DNA from: Eledone cirrhosa
Lineage: Eukaryota
DNA length: 64,000 bases
Assembly: GCA_964016885.1 (NCBI GenBank)
Contig: OZ024740.1
Coordinates: 154,566,001-154,630,000, forward strand
Direction of reading: 5' to 3'
The number at the start of each line of letters is the position of its first letter. Position 1 is the first letter of the stretch. A program made the translations under genes and the position numbers. This document shows positions 13,601 through 25,515 of this stretch, one piece after another. A model generated the notes under the pieces. The model was not told the DNA's origin. It made no database searches and was given only the letters and a program-made list of their open reading frames with translations.

Positions 13601-14609
13601 CTAGCAACAGTACCCAGCGTTGCCTGGGTAGGTAAAATAATATCTGCTTTGATGAAAATGTGTTGATCTTAGCGACTGCTTCTCGATGACTCATCTATGG
13701 CCACTCACAGGCCATGCGGGGGAGGGTGGTGATGACCTCTATAACTGAGAAACGCGGGTGACTGACGAAGGGGTAGCTGGGGGAGGGAGGTAATGACCTC
13801 TAAAACTAAGCCAAATTTCCTCACGCTACTTGATTGGAAACCGATGACTTCTCAAATACACAACTAAAAGCTCAGACGACGTCAGTAGCCATCGTTTTGC
13901 CTTTGACCATCTATAAGATGTGCAATGATAGGTTCTATAGTAGTATAAAAGTTGAACCAAATAATTTGATTTATGTGTGAGGTGGAGCCGAAGTTTCGAA
14001 TTTGAAAGAAATCGGTTGAAAAATGTGGGAGCTAGAGCCGAAAAGGCGGAAATTTGAGCGAAAATGTGGTATTTTCGAATATTTAAGCGGCTGCCACGCC
14101 GTTTCTGAACAAAAAATCTAAAATCTAAAGCCACTTTAAGACGTGAAATAATCAGATCTAGCGTAGTGTAAAATTTGAACAAAGTAGATTGATTAATGTG
14201 GGAGCTAGAGCCGAAATTTGAGTCTAAAAGTGGTATTTTTGAATATTTAAGTAGCTGCCACGCCGTCCCTGAACAACAAATGCAAAATATAGAGCCATTA
14301 CAAGATGTACAATGATAAATTCTATTTTGCTTTAAAATTTGAACGAAATCGGTATCAAAATGTGGGAGCTAGAGCCAAAAATCTTATTTTTCGATACCTA
14401 AAACAAGGTGACCCCCCCCCTATCGATTTTTATCTGCAGAATGACCCCGGAATAAAAGAAACGATACGTTGATATATAGAAAACACTTCCCGATGACTAA
14501 TCTATGAGCCTGTAAAGTTTCATGAAAATCGGTCGTAAGATGTAGGCCCCTATAGCTAATACACAGACACACAGACACACACACATACTTAATTTTATAT
14601 ATATACAGA
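13601..14609 (-). mobile_element. Non-autonomous Helitron
   Basis: Minus strand begins TC and ends CTAG. Subterminal hairpin TACCCAG-gcaacg-CTGGGTA. Inserted between A and T. Three internal ~170-bp repeats (aatgtgggagctagagcc at about 14022, 14195, 14359). Confidence 0.8.
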
Positions 14610-14705
14610 TATATATATGTAGGAGGTGAGGTTTATTGTAGTACAATAAAGCAATGCAGATATCGGATAAGTAGCACTCTACAGTTTGTAGGACTGGAGT
14701 ATAAA

Positions 14706-14902
14706 TAATATAAGATCAAAAGATGGTTAAAAGAGTTCCATGTATTTTATTATGCGCATTTCAAAAACAAATATCATCATGAGATGACATTTGCGTTTTC
14801 GTCAGATGAAAACGCAAATGTCATCTCATGATGATATTTGTTTTTGAAATGCGCATAATAAAATACATGGAACTCTTTTAACCATCTTTTGATCTTATAT
14901 TA
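14706..14902. repeat. Near-perfect palindrome (~95-bp arms) of a PLE-type pLTR
   Basis: Arms meet at about 14800-14808. Adjacent to (TA)n. Confidence 0.85.
14745..14811 (-). ncRNA. Hammerhead ribozyme motif
   Basis: tttcat CTGACGA AAACGCAAATGTCATC-tcat-GATGATATTTGTTTTT GAAA TGCGCA TA ataaaa. The plus arm has CAGATGA instead of the canonical core. Confidence 0.7.
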
Positions 14903-14924
14903 CAGATATATATATATATATGTA

Positions 14925-15040
14925 TATAGTAATAATAATAAATTTGAAGACTAAAATCCAAAGAGGGCTCGATAAGGATAAATATATATCAAATATATAA
15001 GAACCGTAGAACAGATATTTATTAAAATAACAGATTTTAT
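14925..15040 (-). repeat. Interspersed repeat end, reverse complement of 43605-43720 (probable PLE pLTR terminus)
   Basis: gactaaaatccaaagagggctcgataaggataaat is shared in inverted orientation. Both copies abut (TA)n. Confidence 0.65.
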
Positions 15041-15044
15041 TTTA

Positions 15045-15094
<50 letters not shown>

Positions 15095-15681
15095 AAAGTT
15101 TGTCCTTCATCAGTGATCTTCCAACTATCATAGGCATTTCATCGCTTTAAAGACCATATACCTCCGGTTGGTGCGAGCAACGGCTAAAAAAAGTCGTTGG
15201 GACACGTAAATAAAGGGGACGCGAGGGTAAACAAACAAAATGGTGAGGCAACAGAAAGTGAGGAAGAAGGAGACAAGTCCCAGATTTCTATGAATTTAAG
15301 TTCGGTGAAATCGTGAACGAGAGAATAAAGACAATCAAACCTGGTTGAAATGTGAGCAAGGAAGGAATTTCGCACAGGTCTAACGGGAGGAAGAAGGGGT
15401 CTGGTCTGCGAATTCGGTAAACTCAAGTTCTGTGAAGTCGTAGACGAGAGAGAAAAAATTCCGACCAGCTTGGCCGAGAATGTGAGAGAAAAGAGTTACT
15501 CACAGGTCAAACGGGAAGAAAGAGGAGGAGGAGGAGAGGTAGTGACAGAGAATGAGTGAGTGAAGGGTGAGGTGAGGAAGAGGCTAACAGAGAGAGAGAC
15601 TGCTAGAAAGGGTAAAGATACATAGAACGAAATATATTAATTCAAAATATTAACAAAAATAGACATTCGTGCGATCAAGTA

Positions 15682-15748
15682 TATTTTATTATACATATTT
15701 CAGAGGTACTGAGCTATCTTCAACAGTACGTCCTCATCAGATAAAATA
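15682..15748 (-). ncRNA. Type I hammerhead ribozyme
   Basis: TATTTTAT CTGATGA GGACGTACTG...CAGTACCTCT GAAA TATGTA TA ATAAAATA, with an 8-bp helix I. Confidence 0.8.
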
Positions 15749-15903
15749 AGATGATGCATGAGATACCCTGACATAGTAGATGGTTAAGATTCAGTCATCG
15801 TAGTGAATATGATATGACAAGACTCAATATTTATATGCCTTAAGATTGAGAGATGAAAAAAACATTTATTCATTGATTTATTCATTGAACCTTGTTTAAC
15901 CTT

Positions 15904-16005
<102 letters not shown>

Positions 16006-16235
16006 TATAAATATATATATAAGTATAAATATATATGTGTGTGTATATATATATAGATATAGACTGGGTTGTAGAAAAATTACTGAGGTATATATGTAGA
16101 TTTTCATAGCTATACTGTTGCGTATCCAATTTTATTGACAAGGCTTGAATCGATCAGAGGCCATAATAGACTCCACCTAAAATTCCATGCAGTGGTATCG
16201 AACTTCATGACTGAGAAACGATCTTCTTAATAATT

Positions 16236-16413
16236 GTTTCTAGTGTTGGCACAAGGCCAGCAATTATCCCAGTGCACTACTGCTGCTTTATTTTATCGAC
16301 CCCGTGAGGATGAAAGGCAAAGTTAACCTCGGTGGGATTTGAACTAAAACCATAAAGCGCCGTAACTCCATGCTGCAAAGCATGTTGTCCGACCCTCTAC
16401 CAATATTGCCAAT
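16236..16413 (-). mobile_element. S1 SINE
   Basis: Near full-length match to S1. Confidence 0.85.
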
Positions 16414-16519
16414 AATGTTGTTTAAACACATATTCACACATACCAATCAAAACTATCAGCTTATCACTGTTTGTTACATTCTTAATGAAAAGTAAAAAAT
16501 TCAGTTAGTTCGTGTAGTA

Positions 16520-16603
16520 GTCAGGATGGCCGAGCGGTCTAAGGCGCTGCGTTCAGGTCGCAGTCGGGTCTTCCCGGCGTGGGTTCGAATCCCACTTCTG
16601 ACA
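16520..16603 (+). tRNA. trnL-CAG: tRNA-Leu(CAG)
   Basis: GTCAGGA/TTCTGAC acceptor stem, A box TGGCCGAGCGG, anticodon arm CTGCG-TTCAGGT-CGCAG, long variable arm, B box GGTTCGAATCC. Confidence 0.96.
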
Positions 16604-16608
16604 ACCAG

Positions 16609-16621
16609 TTTTTTTTTTTTT
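16609..16621 (+). terminator. Pol III poly-T terminator of tRNA-Leu
   Basis: Run of about 13 T starting 5 nt after the tRNA. Confidence 0.85.
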
Positions 16622-16715
16622 AAACTTCATGAAATTGTGTAATGCTTTCTGAGGAGCACAAATATTCTAAATATTTTGCTGTCAACACGCCGGACATCTT
16701 TCTTTCGTTGTACGA

Positions 16716-16800
16716 ATAGCATGGCGTCCGACATAGCATGGCGTCCGACATAGCATGGCGTCCGACATAGCATGGCGTCCGACATAGCATGGCGTCCGGC
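16716..16800 (-). repeat. 17-bp minisatellite x5 derived from the S1 SINE head
   Basis: (atagcatggcgtccgac)5 continues directly into the SINE head sequence tctctaccgatactgccaatccaccgcc. Confidence 0.9.
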
Positions 16801-16845
16801 TCTCTACCGATACTGCCAATCCACCGCCCTTAGTATTATATAATT

Positions 16846-16958
16846 GTTTCTACGTTAGGCACAAGGCCAGCAATTACGCAGTGTATTACTGGTACTTTAT
16901 TTTATCGACCCCGTAAGGATGAAAGGCAAAGTTAACCTCGGCGGGATTTGAACTCAGA
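16846..16958 (-). mobile_element. S1 SINE, 5'-truncated
   Basis: 3' two-thirds of S1. Confidence 0.85.
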
Positions 16959-17496
16959 ATGGCAAGGATGAAACATTGTCAGTATGTGAATGAATTTTTC
17001 AATACTATTGTTTTGTTTGAAAGCTATCACAACGTGAATTGGACAGTAAATGTTAAAAATGATATCGATAACAATGATGCTGGTGTGTTACCGAGCAGCT
17101 CTTTATAGATCCTTTATATTTCGAAATAAAAACTCTTTATCAAAAGGTTAATAAAAGAAACTACTTGGGAGCTGTGTAGTTTTGCTACACTTTACTCAAT
17201 GCTTCAAACAAATTAAAACATTCTTGTTATTGTTTTATATATATTGACACAAGAATGACTGAGTAATTGAGAAATTCACTTCACAATAATGGGGCCCCGG
17301 GCTCTTTGCCATAGACTCAGGTCGATGGAAACTGTGTGAACGCCCGTGGCATGGGTTGTGTCTGTAATTCTCATTCGTTGTGTCACTGTGATTCGACTTT
17401 GGGATTACATTGAGACCCAAGAACTGCTGTATGTCACTACAGTGTCCTTACAACTCCACCAGGAATTATAGATCAAAGAAGAAGTTATAATTACAC

Positions 17497-17781
17497 GGAA
17501 GTGCGTGGCCTAGTGGTAAGGGTGTTGGACTTATGACCATAATGTTGTGGGTTCAATTCCTGGACTGGGTTGTGTGTTATGTTCTTGAGCAAAACACTTC
17601 ATTTCATGTTGCTCCAGTATATTCAACTGAAAATGCGTACTAGCAATAGCTGGGAATTTAACCCTGTGATGTTCTGGCGTCCTGTCCAGTGGGAAGTATT
17701 GTACTCTCAATCGCTTAACACCATGGAAACCGGGATAAGCACCACCATGATGAACCTCCGGGCTTGAGACATATTTTAGAC
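17497..17781 (+). mobile_element. tRNA-derived SINE, family S2 (CORE/V-like body)
   Basis: A box tggcctagtgg, B box ggttcaattcc. Body ttcttgagcaaaacacttcatttc...aaccctgtgatg..ctggcgtcctgtccag. An inverted copy lies at 19782-20054. Domain names are from memory. Confidence 0.8.
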
Positions 17782-18069
17782 GTTAGACTCGTATCTGTGG
17801 AATATTCAATCACTTAATTGATCAACTGAAATTTTACTTGATCGAACGATCAACTGAATTATCATCGACGAAACCAATGACGAAACCAATGAGGGTTACT
17901 ATATGTGCTCAGTAATCCAATATATATTACAGTATTTTTACTTCTAAATGCGAACATATCATTCCAATGTGTGACCTTGCCAATGCAAAGTGGGATTAAT
18001 GATTTCAAAATGGGATTAACAAATTTATTTGATAGACAATTTCTAATGTCCAAGTAATGAGATAAAAAC

Positions 18070-18300
18070 CTTATCATAGAGGTGTGATATTTTCCATATT
18101 TTGGGGTAATTTTTCATGTGTAATTTTATATTGACTTTGATCTAATATCATAACAATCTATGAGCTGACCGTAAGCCACCCTGTACTCCTTTCTTCCACA
18201 TCCTCTTGATACTACCTGTTTAGACATTACAAAAAATACTATTCAAAGAATAAGAAGTTTGATTCTTAAAGGAATAGGTGCCGCACTGTGCCTAAAAGAT
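18070..18300 (-). repeat. Old interspersed repeat, inverted copy of 40890-41120 (possible RTE C-terminal relic)
   Basis: Shares ctattcaaagaataagaagtttgattcttaa and flanking blocks. Broken peptide VAYGQL resembles RTE LFYGEL. Confidence 0.55.
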
Positions 18301-18468
18301 CAGTTCGTGAAACGATTTTAGAAGCATCATACTCTGTCAGTTGTTACCAATGTAAATATTCCATAGAAAACAAATTGTGTATGTGTATATATAATTTGAA
18401 GTTTAAAAGCCATGACAATGCGAAATAGATGAACAAGAAAATAAGACGACGCAAGATGTTATGTTTTA

Positions 18469-18503
18469 CCTGATATTTCGAGATAAAATGTCTTCTTCGG
18501 AGG
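18469..18503 (-). ncRNA. Degenerate minimal hammerhead within a short fold-back (arms about 18406-18426 and 18538-18558)
   Basis: CCT CCGAAGA AGAC-atttta-TCTC GAAA TA TC AGG, with a core U4C variant. Confidence 0.45.
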
Positions 18504-19377
18504 GAAATAACGGAGAATTAGTCTGGCTTCGTCGTCCATTTCGCATTGTCGTGGCTTTCAATTTAAGATTTTATATACCATACGCAATGCTTCAAGCAAA
18601 CTACAACTTCCTCCTATTATGATTGTGATTTTTAAAAAGCCGGGCTTTTCGTGTTGTTTATAATATCGTATTCTCCAATTGATAAAGTCTTCCCTGCTAC
18701 ATTTTCTCTGTGTGAAGATAGGTTATGTGTTCTTATAAGTTTAGGTTTTGCTTAAGAGACATGAGCTTACTATGAAATCGTAATCCTTGCGTAGAAGGTA
18801 AATGCCCCATTTTGCAGAGGTATTTGCTCACTTAAACATTATTTTTCTCAATTCGAAGTGATATGTTCTCATTTTGAAATCTCTGTTCTCACTTTTAAAT
18901 GAGGAGTTCACTTAGATTTACAAATACTATAGTATATCAACATATGTAGTCAATATTTAAATGTATTTTGCCAGGCTAAAATAGCTACAAATACGAAAGA
19001 AGTTGTATCATTCTATTACTATATGTGTGGATCTATTTCTATTGCAGCTTGTTTTCCGTTCAAGTAATTTCGTTTTTAATATATAACTCTTAGCTCACCT
19101 GACATATGACATGTTGGATTGAGATTGACTGCGAAATCAATAGCAGAATAAATTGCTCAAACTAAAAGAAACAAAATCAAAATGGAAAGAATTTAAAAAA
19201 AAAACATTTTTGAAAGGTTTTACCTAGTGATCATTGATACAGCAAATTAGACTTCCCAGATTTAGTAGTGTTACAGATAACAAGATCGAAGATTCAATCA
19301 ATCATTTAATCGTTTCAGTCAATCATTCAAATCAAGTAATCAAACAGAACCAAATCGAATCAATAAGGGAAACTACT

Positions 19378-19765
19378 CTATATCATTGCTCGACTTACTA
19401 GACAAGTTAATTAAATCTCCATCATATGACATACTTTTCTGTCTTAAAAACATGGAAGAACACTATCTGAAGGGGTGGGCGGAATTGGAGTGTCTGGAGC
19501 ACATCTGTGAAGTCGTCCAGATAGTCAAGGAGACCAGAAAGAAAAAGAAAAGGCAGTGATGGGGTTGGATGCTGTAAACATCTGTTTTAAATATATTCAA
19601 AAATCCTGACTGAAATTACTTTGATGATAGTAAATCTCAATCGGAAATGACCTGGGTCTAAACAGCGGCAGTAACAGCAGCAGTAACAGCAGCAGAAACA
19701 GCGGCAGTAACAGCAGCAGTAACAGCAGCAGTAACAGCAGCAGTAACAGCAGCAGAAACAGCAAC
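19378..19765 (+). mobile_element. Old SINE 3' portion ending in a (CAG/CAGTAA)n tract
   Basis: Tail motif tgacctgggtctaaaca. Similar decayed tails at about 9650-9815, 44230-44330 and 49480-49550. Confidence 0.4.
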
Positions 19766-19781
19766 ACTTACCTTAACAATA

Positions 19782-20054
19782 AGTCTAAAGTCTGTCTCAA
19801 GCCAGAATGCTCATTTGGCCGATGCTTATCCCGGTTTCATGGCGTGAAGCGACTAAGAGTACAAGGCTCCCCCCTGAATAGGACGCCAGTCCATCTCAGG
19901 GTTAAATCTATTGCTGGTACTCATTTTCAGCTGAGTATACTGGAGCAACGTGAAATGAAGTGTTTTGCTCAAGAACATACACGCTACCCAGGAATCGAAG
20001 CCACGACATCATGATCGTAAGTCCAACACCCTTACCACTAGGCCACGTGTCTCC
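19782..20054 (-). mobile_element. S2 SINE with 14-bp TSD
   Basis: Reverse complement of 17497-17781. TSD taccttaacaataa on both sides. Confidence 0.82.
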
Positions 20055-21041
20055 ACTATACCTTAACAATAACAAAACTATTAATACGAGCAAACGATAA
20101 TCGCACAAGTGCTAGAAATACTAGCCAAATTTTCCATCTACTCAATTTTAGTCACAACCTGAAACAAGAATATACATGCCTAAGGTAAGATCGGCTACTA
20201 ACTGCCTGTTTCTGAAGCGAGATTCTTAACGATTCGACCATCCTTCCATTCATGCATCAAGTTATATATATTTATACCTATAGTTATCGGGAGGCGTGGA
20301 TAAATAGCTAACTGCCTCAGCATTAGAAACATTAGGACACGGCTAATTAGGAAACCACAGCTACAAGTTATTAATGAAAGTATGAAAATATGTAAAGCAT
20401 TATATCAGATTATATAATATACAAACATACACACACACACACACACATACATATATAAAATATATAATAGGTGTAAATCAAAGTTTTAGCTGTTGTACAG
20501 CAAGTGCTGTTCGATTTGTTTGATGCAGTCACAAAGCACTCAATATATATATATATATAGAGAGAGGGGGGGAGAAAGAGAGAGAAAGAGAAAGAGTGGG
20601 AGAGAGAGAATTCAAAACATAAAAATACCCACACATGCAGATATCCAGACATAATTACCTAGATGATGTTAAATAAAGTTCAATGAAAGGGTTTTGTTTA
20701 AACCGGTTCTCTCACTTTAGTGATGAGGATTTACTAAAAAGTAAGGAACATACATATATACACACACGCACACACAAACACACATACATGCATACATACA
20801 TACATACATACATACATACATACATACATACATACATACATACATAATACATACATACACACATGCATACATACATGCATACATGGATACATACATACAA
20901 TATACATACATACATGCTTACATACATGCATACATGCATATATACATACATGCATGCGCACATGCATACATATATACATGATGGCTGCCCCCTCGTTATC
21001 GAGTATGGCCATTGCACGAGGAGAAAGAAAAAAAAAATAAT

Positions 21042-24000
21042 GATGATTTCATTTATTAGCCACAAGGGCCGACATGTAGGGGACAATACAAAGACAGGGA
21101 CAGTGGGGGTTTACAATAAGGTCGAGTAAAAATGGCAAGACTAATTTAACAATGAAAATATAAAAATATAAAATAAACTATGCATAAATATAACAAAATA
21201 AATTCCCCGATACGGGGTGGACGACCCTGGGGTGATTCGGGTACCCCACCAATCCTGAACCACCCTGCGCTTCTAGGGCACCCAGGAGAGCACCCCTCTC
21301 CTCAAGTTAGCCAGCCTATAGGCGCATGGTCAGAGTAGGCCCATTCACACGAGCCATTCTCGCCACATTCACCCACCTTTTAGCAAATGTACTGGGGGGC
21401 AGCACTTCTCTCTCCACCCTCACCCTCCTTTCCAGGGGAAACTTGAAGAAGTTGATGAGGAATTGGCCGAAGAGAAAAGTGTCTGTCTTTAGTCCTTTCA
21501 ACCTGGTCCACCATATAATCTCTTTCGCAACTGCCACCAGACAGAGGAAAATATCCTGCTCTTCCTGACCTAAGGAGGGTGGCGGGTCGATCTTCACTAT
21601 GGACTCGGCTGATAGCCGGGTTCGTTCCACACGCGACAGTAGCTGTTCGACATAACTCCACAAGTCAGTAATGCACGGACATTGGAGAAGTGCGTGCAGA
21701 ACGGTTTCGTCGTTCTGTGCGCATCTTGGGCAGGTCCGTCTGACAGCACTTCCGTGCTTGTAGAGTTTATCCCGGACCGGCAGTGCCCCCCCCCCCCCCG
21801 GTAGCACTGCCAAGCGAGGGATTTCTGGAAATTGTCCATCGTCCCCGGCTCAAAAGTCCTCCGGTATAGACTGGTCAGTTCGACTTCGTCGAGGCCCAAA
21901 GCTTCTCCGAGTGTGTCATCGCACTTGCCCACCACTAATCCTCTATAGAACTCGAGAGTGGAAGTTCCACTGATCGCATTGCCCGCTTGGTAGAGGGCAG
22001 TGAGTGCCTGGCAACATTCCAGGTGCCAGTCACCCAGTCTCGGTTTCTTCTTGACCCTGGACTGCAGCTCAGTCAAAGAAATGAGCTGCGGAAAGGCCCG
22101 TCTGATAAACGGCGACCACACCTGTTCACCATTGAGGCAGAATATCTGGAGATGTCGCAGCCTCAACGCATGTCTGCGCATCATTAGCCACGGCATGCCC
22201 AACCCTCCGCGTAGAGGGTGCTGGCAGCAGATGGACCGCCTCACCAACGGAACTTGTCCCCTCCACAAGAATTTGAAGAGGAGCCGTTCCAACTTGACGA
22301 GGCGCGGACGGGGGCAAGGCACGACGGTTAGGGGGTAGTAGATGACGGACGCGATGTACGCATTCGCCACCTCCGCGCGCCCTTTCAATGATAGCTTCCT
22401 CCCAGCCCATTTTTGGGTGAGACTGGCTACTCTGCTCGTTATCTCGTCCCAATTCTTTTCTACCTGGAGGTCTGTTCCGAACCAAACCCCGAGCAACTTT
22501 ATCGGTCCGTCCGTCCAGCGCCCCACGACGCTGTTGGACGGCATGGGCTTGCCTCTCCAGGTTCCGAGCTGCAAGCCCACCGACTTTTCCGGGTTAAGTT
22601 TGGCTCCTGTCAACCTTTCATATTCCTTCAATAAGGTGCCGACCACCTCGATTTCTGAGGTGTTCGACACCATCATGGTGATGTCGTCCGCATAAGCCGA
22701 CACCGCCTTTCCACGTCCCGGTTCGAGCGGGATGCCCTGCAACAGCTCCAGCTTCCGCAGTAAAGGCTCGAGAGTCAATACGTACAGAAGGGAAGAGAGA
22801 GGGCACCCTTGACGGACCGATCTGGAGAGCCGAAATGGTTCCGAGAGGTGGCCATTAACCTTGACCACCGAGCGTTTGCCGCTGTGCATTGCAACGATCC
22901 AGCTTCTAAAGACAGGGCCGAAGCCAGCTGCTTTGAGGACAAACTCCAGATACCGATGGTCGACCCTATCGAATGCTTTCGATTGATCTAAATTGATCAG
23001 TGCCCCACCGAAGCCAGGTTTACACCCTACCCTCTGTATGATGTATCGCATGAGGTGGAGATTGTCGTGTATGGACCTGGCTGGGATTGCGCAAGTTTGC
23101 GCCTCCCCAACCAAATCCTCGACGACAAGCGCCAATCTCTTTGCTAACACCTTGGCCAAAATCTTAAACTCTGTGTTGGGCAGAGTTATGGGACTGAAGT
23201 TGTCTAATGTATCCCTCTTGTTCTCGTCTTTCCTTATCAGCGTCACCACTCCCCTGCTCACAGAACTGGGAATACTCCCGTTCTGCTGCTAGTTGCAGTA
23301 GAGTGCTTCGAGGAGTTCGGAGAACAAGTCTGGCATATTTACGTAAAGCTCGTAGGGCAGGCCATCCAAACCGGGTGACTTGCGCCTTATGCAGCCGACA
23401 AGGGCGTCCTGAATTTCGGCTAAAGTAATCGGCCTTTCGCAGCGCTCAGCGTCGACCGTCGAGATGCGCGGCAAACCGTCAAGGTAGAGACTGAAATTCG
23501 CTACTCTCTCTGACTCGCCACTCTCCCTGAACAACCGAGCAAAGTGCTGGCGAAAGGCCTCACACATCCGCTTGGAATCGCTTATCTCGTGTCCGTCTCG
23601 GTCCGCCAAAGACCGAATTGTGGTTTTATTACCACGCTGCGCCTCCGCCACGCGGGCCCATCGAACAGCTTTAGTTCCCTCGTTTCTCAGCGCACGCGCC
23701 TTAGCTCTGACAATGCAACCTTCGTGTTTGGCATTGAAGAATTGGTCTAATGCCATTCTCGCCGCTAGCACGTCAGTTGCGATGCCACTACAAATAGCCT
23801 CGTCTAACTTATCTACCAGCTCCCCCTCCTTTCTATTTTTCTCTAACGCTAGTTCTTTGCTGAACTCTATCGAAGTTACTCTAATCTCTCTTTTGAGAGC
23901 CCCCCACCATCTGTTGTTGATGATCCCCCCTGTCAACTTTTGCTTAACTAAATTGTTGACTCGGTCCCTGTAAGCCTTACGTGCCGGAAATGACATGTTC

Positions 24001-25017
24001 AGCTTCCAGTAACCAGGTCCTAACCTATGCGTTTTATTTAGGTCGACCGTACAGATCACAAATTTGTGATCTGAATAGGCGACCGTTTTAAAAAGTGGAC
24101 AGCCCACACTATTTCTATCTATTTTCCTAATGAAGATCCTGTCTATATACGATCTAGATGACCCCATTCGGTTGGTCCATGTCCATACTGGCACATTGGG
24201 GAAATCTAGTCGATACCTGTCAGACAGTTGGAACTGGCTGAGTAGGTGCTTGAGGATTTTGAACCCCCCACCCACCCCCGCTCCTATCGGCTACTCCCAC
24301 ACAATCCCAGCGTGCGTCTAAGATGCCATTCCAGTCCCCCGCTAACATTAAAGGGCGAGACGTACCCAGAAAGGTCTCCAGGCGCCTAAAGAAGTCAGGT
24401 TGTCCAGCCCCTGTAGGGGCGTAGACGGCCAGCAGTCTAAAGGCACCACCTTCGCTACTGCTCACATCCAAGACCACCAACTTACCGTCCGGGTCCCGGA
24501 AGATCGACCTTACCTCGAGATCCAGTCCTTTCCTAAACAGCACTGCCACCCCACCCCCCATTCCCAGCCTGCTAACAGATGCGAAGATCTGATAGTCATC
24601 GAAAATGGGGGCTAGTGCGCGCGTGTCGGAAATTCTGGTCTCGCTTACAGCAATCACATCCATTTCCAGCGACCGGAGGTCGTTGAGCAGGCGACCCTGC
24701 TTCCAGGGTGACCCCAGGCCGCGAACATTTAAACTTCCTACTCTTAATATGGCCATATTGGTAAGCTAAGAGAGAGAGATAGAAGGTTTACTTACCTCCC
24801 GGGTCTTGTGAAGGTCGGGTGGTTCGACCTCCATGGTTGGTGGGGTTTCTTTTGGGAACACCCTTTAAAAGTCTTGATGTGGGTTTCACATTCGGGGTTC
24901 CCACGTCTTGAGGAAAGCTCTCTCGAATTTCCTTGAAGGAATTGAGTGACATTCGGACCAGAAGCAAATCTTCTGGCACGCAAAATGTGCTCATTTCAAA
25001 AATCTCCCCCTCTGTTT
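21042..25017 (-). mobile_element. Tx1/L1-clade LINE (Tx1-A), 5'-truncated within ORF1
   Basis: ORF1 C-terminus at 24788-24994, ORF2 at 24756-21316, AATAAA at the 3' end, flanked by (ATT)n and T-rich sequence. Confidence 0.92.
21316..24756 (-). pseudogene. Tx1-A ORF2 (APE-RT-zinc), frameshifted
   Basis: GSLNVRGL, VSET, GDWN, SDHK, GPGYWKLN, KSPGLDGLP, LDQSKAFDRVDH, VRQGCPLS, AYADD, CPRC...ETVLHALLQC. Confidence 0.92.
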
Positions 25018-25163
25018 AATAATAATAAATAAATAAAAAGAAAATAAAAAGAAAAAAAATAAATTAAAAAAAATAAATATATATATATATATATATATAC
25101 ATATACATACATACATACACACATACTCACGCACACATATACACACACACATACATTAATAAC

Positions 25164-25198
<35 letters not shown>

Positions 25199-25509
25199 CA
25201 ACAATAATAATTGTTTCTACTTTTGGCACAAGGCCAGCAATTATTCCAGTGCATTACTGGTACTTTATTTTATCGACCCCGTAAGGATGAAAGGCAAAGT
25301 TAACCTCGACGGGATTTGAACTCAGATCATAAAGGGAGGTAACTCTATGCTTCAAAGCATGGCGTCCGACCCTTACCGATACTGCCAATCCACCGCCCTC
25401 AACAACAACAATAATAATAACGACAACAACAATAATAATATACATATACATATATATATACACACACACGCACACACATAAGCATATCTACACACACACA
25501 CACACACGA
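25018..25509 (-). repeat. Compound microsatellite cassette in the RTE 3' UTR (copy 1, contains an S1 SINE)
   Basis: Same ordered blocks and unique spacer (agatatgcttatgtgtgt) as 38428-38695 and 60778-61082. Confidence 0.85.
25213..25397 (-). mobile_element. Full-length S1 SINE inserted in the cassette
   Basis: TSD-like attattattgttgttgtt on both sides. Absent from the other two cassette copies. Confidence 0.9.
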
Positions 25510-25515
25510 TAGCAA

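Noticed and set aside
15095-15125. CTGATGA on the minus strand next to (TA)n
   Set aside because: No GAAA half or helix III, so truncated or chance.
16716-16800. CRISPR-like short direct repeats
   Set aside because: No spacers, the unit is an internal SINE segment, and the context is eukaryotic.
19663-19765. Poly-Gln/Ser/Ala coding repeat
   Set aside because: No supporting ORF context. It follows an old SINE tail.
17497-20054. Inverted S2 SINE pair as TIRs of a composite transposon
   Set aside because: The copies are diverged from each other and the second has its own TSD, so they are independent insertions.
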